Assembly (NCBI GenBank): GCA_041577295.1
Contig: JBFGJG010000019.1
Location: forward strand, 1 to 64,000
Direction of reading: 5' to 3'
From: Gemmatimonadales bacterium
GTDB taxonomy: Bacteria > Gemmatimonadota > Gemmatimonadetes > Gemmatimonadales > GWC2-71-9
Length of the DNA: 64,000 nucleotides
The notes under the pieces are model-generated. The model was not told where the DNA came from and made no database searches. It saw nothing but the letters and a program-made list of their open reading frames with translations. The position numbers and the translations under genes are program-made. This document shows, piece by piece, positions 1 through 7,732 of the stretch (positions within the stretch are counted from its first letter, which is position 1; each line of letters starts with the position of its first letter).

Positions 1-52
1 GGCTCGAATGCCAGCACTATAACGGTCATTGAAGGGATCGAGGAACGAGAAG

Positions 53-580
53 ATGAGACTGCTAGTCGCGGTGTTTCTGCTAATGAGCTCAGCCTGCGGT
101 GGGATGAACGTGAGTGCCGACTTCGATCCGGCTGTGGATTTTGGACAGTTCCAGACTTACGACTGGGGCCCTCAAGATGCACTCCCGACGGGCGATCCGA
201 GGCTCGATAACAACCCCTTCTTCGATGCGCGGGTGAAGGCGGCGGTAGACAGCCAACTCGCGGCGCGAGGGATTCAGCGGTCGAGCGCGTCGCCCGATCT
301 TCTGGTCCACTACCATGCGAGCGTCGAACAACGCATCGACGTGTACTCGGTCGATCGCGATCGCGGCTACGTCACCGATACGCGATTCGCCACTGAGGTC
401 CGCGAGTACGAAGAAGGGACCCTGATCGTGGATGTGGTCATCGCGGAGACCAACAAACTGGGTTGGCGCGGATGGGCCCAGTCTGACGTCGGGGCGGTGA
501 TCGACCGTCCGAGTGCCATGGAAGCTCGGATCAAGGAGTCCGTCGGGCGGATGTTCGAACGGTTCCCGCGGTCACCGTGA
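53..580 (+). CDS. DUF4136-family lipoprotein
   Basis: Lipobox-like LMSSAC; 'DFDPAVDFGQFQTYDW' and 'EYEEGTLIVD...WRG' motifs; ATG at 53 preferred. Confidence 0.8.
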   Translation: MRLLVAVFLLMSSACGGMNVSADFDPAVDFGQFQTYDWGPQDALPTGDPRLDNNPFFDARVKAAVDSQLAARGIQRSSASPDLLVHYHASVEQRIDVYSVDRDRGYVTDTRFATEVREYEEGTLIVDVVIAETNKLGWRGWAQSDVGAVIDRPSAMEARIKESVGRMFERFPRSP

Positions 581-595
581 TCGCGGCGGGATTCG

Positions 596-1024
596 TTATG
601 ACTCGAGCGCTGCTTCCTGCAGGCTCTCAACGAACTCCTCGACACCCACGTCGTTGGCCTGCGCCACCACGCTGAGGGTGAGTTCTCCGCCGCAGCACAA
701 GTCCACGTTGTAGCGAGCGAGGACCGGGGCCGTGGCCGGGTGGCGTTCGTACACCTCGCCAACCCGAGTGGCCGCCGTAATGCCGGTATTGGTGAAGTGC
801 ACCACAAAGGCATCGGGGCCCTGCACGTCCGTGCGATGCCCGAATCCCCGTACGCTCAGCACGTGATACAGAGGAATGGGCTCAAACGGTGCCGTGATCT
901 CGAGCTCTCCTCCCACCGGTACGATGCTCGCGGCCTCCATGATCATGCTGAACGGCTCCTCACCAGCAGCGAGCACCGGACGGACGTCCAGCGCCACACG
1001 GGTGTCATCATCTGCCTGTTTCAC
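596..1024 (-). CDS. DUF2249 + DUF542 (ScdA/RIC N-terminal) domain protein
   Basis: N-terminal 'LDVR...GEEPF...APFEPIPLY..L...GF' (DUF2249); C-terminal 'HPATAPVLARYNVDLCCGG' (DUF542). Confidence 0.8.
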   Translation of the reverse strand: MKQADDDTRVALDVRPVLAAGEEPFSMIMEAASIVPVGGELEITAPFEPIPLYHVLSVRGFGHRTDVQGPDAFVVHFTNTGITAATRVGEVYERHPATAPVLARYNVDLCCGGELTLSVVAQANDVGVEEFVESLQEAALES

Positions 1025-1322
1025 GGTAAGACTCCTCTCGAATCATGCCCGGGTGCCAGGGCGGGTCCCACACGAGCTCCACATGGGTATGCACCACCCA
1101 GGAAAGCTCGTTCACGACCCGCTCCACACCCTGAACGATGGCGGTGCCCAACGGGCACCCGGGCGTGGTGAGTGTCATGCTGATCTGCACCGTTGCGTCC
1201 CGCACGTGCACGTCGTACACGAGACCCATCTGAACGATGTTCAGGCCGACCTCCGGGTCGATCACACCGCGGAGCTGGCGCCAAACGTGTGCGACGCGTT
1301 GTTCCGGGAGAGACACGGTCAT
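1008..1322 (-). CDS. SufT/PaaD-like (DUF59) metal-sulfur cluster assembly factor
   Basis: 'VIDPEVGLNIVQMGLVY..MTLTTPGCP..VWDPPW' motif; ATG overlaps the upstream stop (ATGA). Confidence 0.9.
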   Translation of the reverse strand: MTVSLPEQRVAHVWRQLRGVIDPEVGLNIVQMGLVYDVHVRDATVQISMTLTTPGCPLGTAIVQGVERVVNELSWVVHTHVELVWDPPWHPGMIREESYRETGR

Positions 1323-2611
1323 CGCTCGCGCTCCATGGTCACCAGCCGCACGTGCTGTATCACCACCAAGAACACCCCGGCCGCGATGCTCGCGGCACCT
1401 GCCGCTGCCGCGACTGGAGAGCCCGCGTAGACGGCGACGGCGAGCACCGCAACGCCGCCGGCCAACAACGGAAGCGTGCTCCACGCGAGACGCGGCGATA
1501 TCAAGTCAGTCACCTTGGGGAGACCCGGCTTTCCCACCCGCGGGCTGAAGCGGTGAAGCCATGTGAGAAAGGGGAGGATCTTGTAGTACATCCCGACGAT
1601 CAGCAGCATCAACCAACCGAGAATGCCGATGGTGGCGTACGCGGTGATCGTCCGCGCGTTGAGGCTAGGGGCGAAGAGCAGGACTGCACCCAACGAGGTC
1701 GCCAGCGCGAGAAACACGAGCGCCGCGGCGGCGTGGGCGAGCCCAGGATCGAGTCGCGGCTTGGTGCGCGTGCGGAAATACTCCCACGCCAGTCTGAGAT
1801 ACAGAACGATGCCAGCAGCCGTCGCCAGCCCACCGACTTGCAGCAGCCACCGTACGTTGCCGAGCGCACCGCTGCTCGAGACCACCAGGCCACCCAACAC
1901 CAATGGTCCTATCCAATGGAGTGAGCGGTCTCGATAATCGCGCGAGAGCAGGAACATGGGAAACAGTTTGCTTCCCACACCGATGGCGGTGAGCGTCGCG
2001 AACCCGACCACCGCGAGATGGACGTGTGCATTGAGCACTCCCAGCCGACCGACGGACCACCAGCCCAGCTCGGCGCCAATGCGGGCAGCCACGACCGCCA
2101 TGGCGAGTCCCAGTCCGATGTGACCGCCCGAGACGTAGAGCCCGATGAGTCGTCCCCGGGTGGCGCGCCGCCGCTGCCCGAGAATGTTCCACGACTGCCC
2201 TCCCACGGCTGCGAACATGACGACCCACCCGGCCGCCAACGCCCACGCAGACCAGAACCACGCCCCTCCGACGAGCAACGCGGTCCCGAGCATGAGAACC
2301 CAGAAGGTCCAGTGTGCCACACGAATACTTTTGGCTGGGACGCCCAGGACCACGGGATAGAGTTGGTAGAGTGCGCCGAATATTGAGGTGGTGATCCACC
2401 CGAGCGTGAAACAGTGGGTGACCGCGACGACGCGCGGCGTGAGAAACGCCCCGCGCGCGAGGTCCGGCGCGATCCAGATCAAGCCGACCGAGCCGACCGC
2501 AAGCCACGCGAGTGCGGCTGCGAAATGCTCACCTGGGAGGAGCAGCGGAGGCATGATGTCCGCCGGGCGGGGGGTCGGTGTCGTGGGCTTGGGAGGCGCG
2601 GTGAGCGTCAT
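1319..2611 (-). CDS. Polytopic His-containing membrane protein (NnrS/heme-copper subunit I-like), function unknown
   Basis: About 12 TM helices with intramembrane His (THCFTLGW, GGHIG, AHVHL) and 'YKILPFLTW'; translationally coupled to neighbours. Confidence 0.7.
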   Translation of the reverse strand: MTLTAPPKPTTPTPRPADIMPPLLLPGEHFAAALAWLAVGSVGLIWIAPDLARGAFLTPRVVAVTHCFTLGWITTSIFGALYQLYPVVLGVPAKSIRVAHWTFWVLMLGTALLVGGAWFWSAWALAAGWVVMFAAVGGQSWNILGQRRRATRGRLIGLYVSGGHIGLGLAMAVVAARIGAELGWWSVGRLGVLNAHVHLAVVGFATLTAIGVGSKLFPMFLLSRDYRDRSLHWIGPLVLGGLVVSSSGALGNVRWLLQVGGLATAAGIVLYLRLAWEYFRTRTKPRLDPGLAHAAAALVFLALATSLGAVLLFAPSLNARTITAYATIGILGWLMLLIVGMYYKILPFLTWLHRFSPRVGKPGLPKVTDLISPRLAWSTLPLLAGGVAVLAVAVYAGSPVAAAAGAASIAAGVFLVVIQHVRLVTMERER

Positions 2612-3171
2612 GGGGTGCCGTAGCCTTTCACCACGAGCTGACGTTGTTCACCGTCGTACGTCACGAGCGCAACCTCTTTGGGACCGAGTGCGAGCCGCAC
2701 ATTGAGCTCCAACACGGACGGGGTGTCGTCCGCGGTGCTCGCACGGGCGGTATCCGAAGCAGTGCCTGGTTCCGCTTCGCGCTCGAGCTCGAATCGTACG
2801 GTCACCTCCCGCTCACCCGGCAGCACTGTCTGCTCGTGAAACACGTAGAGCGGCCGGTCCTCCCGAGCACCCGCGGGCCGCACCACGCGATCGACGACAG
2901 TCGAATCGTCGATGCTGACCAGGAGCCGATAGGGGAGAATTCGACCGTCGCATTCCACTTCCTGCCGCATGTGCGCAGGCTTGCGGGCAAGCTCCTCCTC
3001 CGTGAGACGACGGCATTCCTCGACTCGCGTCCCCCGCACCCGCCACGCTAGGCGAATGACCGCGTCGTCACGCCGATCGGGCTCGTACGGCACCTGTGAC
3101 AGCGCACCGATCACGACGGTCAGGATCACCGCCGTCGTGACGCCGAGGACGCGAAGCCAGCTTTTTCTCAT
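2608..3171 (-). CDS. Membrane-anchored hypothetical protein with two Cys
   Basis: Single N-terminal TM, then 'EECRRLTEEELARKPAHMRQEVEC'; ATGA overlaps at both ends. Confidence 0.7.
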   Translation of the reverse strand: MRKSWLRVLGVTTAVILTVVIGALSQVPYEPDRRDDAVIRLAWRVRGTRVEECRRLTEEELARKPAHMRQEVECDGRILPYRLLVSIDDSTVVDRVVRPAGAREDRPLYVFHEQTVLPGEREVTVRFELEREAEPGTASDTARASTADDTPSVLELNVRLALGPKEVALVTYDGEQRQLVVKGYGTP

Positions 3172-4742
3172 GCCACGGCCTCCTCGTCGGGCACGGGGTC
3201 GCACTCCAAGTCGAGCTCGATGTCGGGTTCAGGGGTGGGTCCCTTCAGTTTGGTGAGATCCTCGCGAAAGACATGAAGCTCCGCGCGCACCGTCTCGCGC
3301 TCCCCTTCGCTCGCATAGCGTAGCCGCACTCGCCGACGGTCCACGCGTTCCTTGAGCTCGGCTTCGCGGTCGTGATACATGCGTTGCTCGAGCCATTTGG
3401 GTCCTTCCCGGTTCCAGCAGTCACGCACGGGGCACGCCACCACGAGCACACCGGCTACCCCAGACCGCACGAGGTATTCGACCACGGACGTGTGCACGCT
3501 TCCGGCACAGTTCCAACCAAAGACGGGCGAGCCGTCCACGGTGGCTCGAGCGGCGACGCCGCCGGCCCCCCGATTACAAGCGACCACGACCACATCCTGG
3601 GATCCGGGTCGATGCGCGGTCACGAACTGCTTGATCGCCGTCAGCTGATCGCGTCCCGTGCGCTCCGGTGGTCCGACACCCATTGGCGCGCACGATCCGG
3701 CGCAAATGCCGCAGCTCACGCAGAGCGCGGGATCCACGCGCGCAACCACCTCGGCCCGCCCGTCCACGCGCGGCACCATGGAGATGGCTTCGTACGGACA
3801 GTCGAGGTAGCACTGCCGGCACCCCGTGCAGAGCCGCTGGTCCACGGCCGAGGGTGCGGGCACGCGCTGGGCCCGCGGGCGCGCCCAGAGCGGAACCGTC
3901 AGGACGACCGCGCTCACGCCGAGAACCACGGCCCACACCACCCCCGCCGGCAACGGTTTCACCAGGGGGAGCCAAAACGAATAGAAGAGGTCGAACGGCG
4001 CGTGCTCGGCCCCGCGAAACAGATCCGCTTCGGGTCCGATGCCGGCGGGCCAGAGGACCGACAACAGCGTCAACAGCCCAAGCGTTGCCCACGTGAGCCC
4101 GCGCGGTGGCCACAGGGCGGCGCGTGCCACCCGCGACACGTGGAGCCACAGCATCACGCCCATCCCGATCGGTAGTGCTACGTGCAAGAAGAGGTTGAGA
4201 AAGAAGAACGCGCTGGGAAGAGGCCGTTCGCCCACGAACGTGCGGCTGATGGGTTCGCCAAAGAAGGGAAGGGCATCGAGAAAGCGGGCGCCTTCCCGTG
4301 CCAGAACGAGCCCTTGGGTATCCCACACCATCACGTAGCCCGTCCAGCCACAGACCATCAGCACGAAGAGCAGGATGAGTCCGGTTATCCAGGCGAGCGC
4401 GCGTGGTCCCCATGAGCGCCCTTGCACGAACATGCGGAAGGCGTGAACGAGCACCGCGACGACGGCGGCGTCCGACGCGTAACGATGAAGCGAGCGGACC
4501 CAACTCCCCGTCCACGTCTGTTGGGTGAGGTTGGCGACCGAGGCATAGGGCGATCCGAGTCGATAGAAGAGCAGGAGATAGACGCCGGTCAGCAGCACCA
4601 CCACGAGCAGGGCGACCACGAGGGCTCCGCTGTGGTAGAGGGGATTGAAGCGCCACCCGTAGAGACGGTTCATGAAGGCGTCCGCGGGGGTCAGCACGGC
4701 CCGCCCCATCCGGGCGAATCGGTTGCTCAGTCCCAGCATCAC
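3168..4742 (-). CDS. Cytochrome b / 2x[4Fe-4S] ferredoxin / MvhD(FlpD)-like fusion protein
   Basis: Four heme His (RSLHRY..LVHAFR; FLHVA..WLHVS); CTGCRQCYLDCP and CVSCGICAGSC; MvhD-like 'VVAC..NCAGSV..VLVVACPVRDC'. Confidence 0.85.
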   Translation of the reverse strand: MMLGLSNRFARMGRAVLTPADAFMNRLYGWRFNPLYHSGALVVALLVVVLLTGVYLLLFYRLGSPYASVANLTQQTWTGSWVRSLHRYASDAAVVAVLVHAFRMFVQGRSWGPRALAWITGLILLFVLMVCGWTGYVMVWDTQGLVLAREGARFLDALPFFGEPISRTFVGERPLPSAFFFLNLFLHVALPIGMGVMLWLHVSRVARAALWPPRGLTWATLGLLTLLSVLWPAGIGPEADLFRGAEHAPFDLFYSFWLPLVKPLPAGVVWAVVLGVSAVVLTVPLWARPRAQRVPAPSAVDQRLCTGCRQCYLDCPYEAISMVPRVDGRAEVVARVDPALCVSCGICAGSCAPMGVGPPERTGRDQLTAIKQFVTAHRPGSQDVVVVACNRGAGGVAARATVDGSPVFGWNCAGSVHTSVVEYLVRSGVAGVLVVACPVRDCWNREGPKWLEQRMYHDREAELKERVDRRRVRLRYASEGERETVRAELHVFREDLTKLKGPTPEPDIELDLECDPVPDEEAVA

Positions 4743-4771
4743 ACTCCTTGCGTGGAATCGGGTTAGGGCTC

Positions 4772-4802
4772 TTGCGCCCTTCGAAACATCATATTAACAT
4801 GA
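4772..4802 (+). promoter_or_regulatory. Putative sigma70 promoter with overlapping imperfect palindrome (candidate Rrf2 operator)
   Basis: TTGCGC-N17-TAACAT (4772-4800); TCATATTAACATGA (4789-4802, 12/14 symmetric) in an AT-rich divergent gap. Confidence 0.45.
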
Positions 4803-4845
4803 GAATAACAGAAATGCCAGCCGCGACGCTGTTTGGAGGGTTCTC

Positions 4846-5259
4846 GTGTTATCCAGTACTGCGGAATACGCTCTCAAGGCCGTCCTCTACCTCGCCAACA
4901 ACGCGCGCGAGCAGCCCGTGCGGGTAGGGGAGGTCGCCGAGGCCCTCGGCATTCCGCAGAACTACCTCTCGAAGATCCTGCACGAGCTGGCGCGCGACGG
5001 CGTGCTCACGTCTTCGCGCGGTAAGCACGGCGGCTTTCAGCTCGCCCATCCGCCGGACAAGCTCTCGCTGCTGACAGTGGTGCAACGGTTCGATCGCATC
5101 GCCGAGGAGCGCAGCTGTCTCCTCGGTCGCCCCCAATGCAGTGACCGTCATGCCTGCGCGGCCCACTGGCGTTGGAAGGCGGTGTCGGAACAGGTCTCGA
5201 CGTTTTTCCGGGAGACCACCGTGGCCGACCTGATGGCCGGGGAGGCTATCGCGGCCTGA
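4846..5259 (+). CDS. Rrf2-family transcriptional regulator, probably Fe-S binding
   Basis: 'EYALKA..YLSKIL..L..SSRGKHGGFQL' wHTH; C-x6-C-x5-C-x2-H. Confidence 0.92.
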   Translation: MLSSTAEYALKAVLYLANNAREQPVRVGEVAEALGIPQNYLSKILHELARDGVLTSSRGKHGGFQLAHPPDKLSLLTVVQRFDRIAEERSCLLGRPQCSDRHACAAHWRWKAVSEQVSTFFRETTVADLMAGEAIAA

Positions 5260-5279
5260 TGGCAGGCAAGGAGGATTCC

Positions 5280-5426
5280 ATGGCCAACTCGAAACCTCCA
5301 CTGGGCCAGCGGATCTTCGACAACTGGTTCCTGCTTCTCCTCGCCGGGATTCTGGTGATGGGTGTGTTTTATACGGCGTGGGGGTTGTGGGAAGTGTTGT
5401 CGTTGCCGCCGGCCCCGCTGCCGTGA
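5280..5426 (+). CDS. Small single-TM subunit of the heme-copper enzyme
   Basis: 48 aa MANSKPPLGQRIFDNWFLLL...; GGAGG RBS; lies directly before the CuA subunit. Confidence 0.75.
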   Translation: MANSKPPLGQRIFDNWFLLLLAGILVMGVFYTAWGLWEVLSLPPAPLP

Positions 5427-5441
5427 GGCAGGAGGGTGGCA

Positions 5442-6011
5442 ATGAATACCGGCATCGAGTCACCGCAAGGCGTCTGGTGGAAGCCCGCGCACCGTACCGA
5501 GCGCTACTGGGTCATCGTGGCGTTCGTTTGGTGCATCGTGCTGTTCGCCATGATGCCGCTCTGGCACCTCAAGGGGGGGCAGAATCCCTCGGGGATCCGT
5601 CACAAGGTCGATCCGCAGGCTTTCATGGCGCGGACGCAGGAGTTCATCAACGCCTATCAGGTAGGTGAGGAGAACGGGATCCCCATCGTCGAGCCCCCGC
5701 CGGGGAGTGACATTTACCTCATCGGGGTGATGTGGAGCTGGCGGCCCACGCTCAGGCTCCAGAAGGACGCGGAGTACATCCTCCACATCTCGTCACTCGA
5801 CGTCAATCACGGTTTCAACCTCTATCCCATCAACGTGAATTTTCAGGTCGTACCCGGGTACGACTACGGCCTCCGCGTGACGCCCACCGAGGCCGGCGAC
5901 TTCCGCATCATCTGCAACGAGTTCTGCGGAATCGGTCACCACCTGATGGTGGGCCGTGTGATCGTTGTGGATGACACGCAGACCACGGCTAGCGCGGGAG
6001 GGGTGCCATGA
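5442..6011 (+). CDS. Heme-copper oxidoreductase subunit II (CuA), B-family/eNOR type
   Basis: One TM; 'DVNHGF' and 'CNEFCGIGHHLM' CuA motif. Confidence 0.93.
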   Translation: MNTGIESPQGVWWKPAHRTERYWVIVAFVWCIVLFAMMPLWHLKGGQNPSGIRHKVDPQAFMARTQEFINAYQVGEENGIPIVEPPPGSDIYLIGVMWSWRPTLRLQKDAEYILHISSLDVNHGFNLYPINVNFQVVPGYDYGLRVTPTEAGDFRIICNEFCGIGHHLMVGRVIVVDDTQTTASAGGVP

Positions 6012-7528
6012 ACGGAAGCTTCCGCACCTGCCCGACCACGGGGCTCAAGGTGCACGCGCAGGCGGACGGTCTGATCAAGGCCAACGCCGTGGTGGCCACG
6101 GTCGCGTTGCTCATCGGCGGCATCGCCGCCGTGCTCGTGATGCTCACCCGCTGGCAAGCGATTCACCTGCTCTCAGCGGAGTGGTTCTACCGCATGCTTA
6201 CGATCCACGGGATGAACATGCTCATCTTTTTCATCCTGTTCTTCGAGATGGCGGTCCTGTACTTCGCGAGCGCCGTGCTGCTCAACAGCCGGGTCGCCAC
6301 GCCGCGGCTGGCCTGGTTCTCGTTTTGGCTGATGGTCCTCGGCACAGTCATCGTCGAGTGGACGATGTTTGCGGGGAAGGCAGACGTGCTCTTCACGTCC
6401 TACGTGCCGCTCAGGGCCACTCCCTGGTACTACCTGGGTGTCATCTTGTTCGCTGTGGGGGCGTTGCTGGTGGTGTGCATCTTCTTCGCGACCTTGGTCG
6501 TGGCCCGGCGCGAGAAGACGTACACGGGCTCAGTGCCGCTGGTGACCTTTGGGGCGGCGACAGCCGCGATCATCGCCGTGATCACCCTGGGTCATGGGGC
6601 AGCCATCTACATCCCCACGTTCCTCTGGTCGCTTGACCTCATGCACGTCGACGCGCAGGTCTATCGGCTGGTGTGGTGGGGTCTGGGGCATTCATCGCAG
6701 CAGATCAACGTGGCCGCGATGGTCTCGGTCTGGTACCTCCTCGGTGCGTTCACCGTGGGCGCGGTGGTGCTCAACGAAAAGATCAGCCGCACGGCGTTCG
6801 TGCTGTACGTGCTGTTCATCTCGATGGCATCGGCGCACCATCTGTTGGTGGATCCCGGCATGGGACCCACGTGGAAGGTCTGGAATACCAGCTACGCCAT
6901 GTATCTGGCGGTGCTGGCGAGCATGATCCACGGGTTCACCGTACCTGCCGGTGTCGAGCTTGGGCAGCGGCTGCGCGGATACGCCAAGGGTCTCTTCGAA
7001 TGGTTGCGCAAGGCGCCATGGGGTGATCCCGGATTCTCATCGTTGATCTTCTCGATCATCATCTTCGGGTTTGTCGGTGGCATCACCGGGGTCACGTTTG
7101 GCACCGAGCAGATCAACATCATCGCCCACAACACGCTCCGGATTCCCGGCCACTTCCATGCGACAGTTGTCGCGGGAACCGCACTCGCATTCATGGGCGT
7201 CACGTACTACGTGATTCCGCTGATCTTCCGAAAGCAGATCGCGTTCTGGCCGCTCGCGAAGATTCAGCCGTACCTCTTCGCGGTGGGGATGCTGATCTTC
7301 TCGGTCGCCATGACGTTCGCGGGCACGTTCGGCGCGCCCCGGCGGCACTGGGATATGACCTTTTCTCAGGCGCCGTACGAGGTGCAATTCTCGCCCGCGG
7401 TGGATCTCGTCATGGGCGTGATGGCGATCGGTGGACTGATCGCTGCCGTTGGTGGGGCGATCTATATCCTGGTCACGGTGTGGTCGGTGTTCTTTGGCCG
7501 GCCCATGCCGGAAGGAGGGCAGGCATAA
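6008..7528 (+). CDS. Heme-copper oxidoreductase subunit I, putative eNOR-type nitric oxide reductase
   Basis: All six His present (TIHG, GHSSQQ, AHH, GHFH); Gln at H+4 where O2 reductases have the cross-linked Tyr. Confidence 0.85.
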   Translation: MNGSFRTCPTTGLKVHAQADGLIKANAVVATVALLIGGIAAVLVMLTRWQAIHLLSAEWFYRMLTIHGMNMLIFFILFFEMAVLYFASAVLLNSRVATPRLAWFSFWLMVLGTVIVEWTMFAGKADVLFTSYVPLRATPWYYLGVILFAVGALLVVCIFFATLVVARREKTYTGSVPLVTFGAATAAIIAVITLGHGAAIYIPTFLWSLDLMHVDAQVYRLVWWGLGHSSQQINVAAMVSVWYLLGAFTVGAVVLNEKISRTAFVLYVLFISMASAHHLLVDPGMGPTWKVWNTSYAMYLAVLASMIHGFTVPAGVELGQRLRGYAKGLFEWLRKAPWGDPGFSSLIFSIIIFGFVGGITGVTFGTEQINIIAHNTLRIPGHFHATVVAGTALAFMGVTYYVIPLIFRKQIAFWPLAKIQPYLFAVGMLIFSVAMTFAGTFGAPRRHWDMTFSQAPYEVQFSPAVDLVMGVMAIGGLIAAVGGAIYILVTVWSVFFGRPMPEGGQA

Positions 7529-7725
7529 TGGCACTCCATGGCGTTCCCCAAGGCATCGTGTCGCCACCGACGTCCACACCGCGGAGTGAGGACGCCGGTG
7601 ACGAGCACGGCATTGGCGGGAGGACTCCCGGAACGGTCATTCTCGTGTTCGTGTTTCTCCTCGCCTTCGTGCTGTACTACTTCGTGAACTGGAAGCTGTT
7701 GTCGTTTGTCTGGCGCATCGGATAA
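7528..7725 (+). CDS. Small TM subunit (IIa-like helix)
   Basis: TAATG overlap with subunit I; 'PGTVILVFVFLLAFVLYYFVNWKLL'. Confidence 0.7.
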   Translation: MALHGVPQGIVSPPTSTPRSEDAGDEHGIGGRTPGTVILVFVFLLAFVLYYFVNWKLLSFVWRIG

Positions 7726-7732
7726 CTCGGTC

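Noticed and set aside
3168..4742. Hydrogenase or bc1 complex
   Set aside because: No NiFe/FeFe catalytic subunit, Rieske protein or PEWY motif
6008..7528. ba3/cbb3 oxygen reductase call
   Set aside because: No HPxVY Tyr in helix VI, and subunit II is CuA-type rather than cytochrome c
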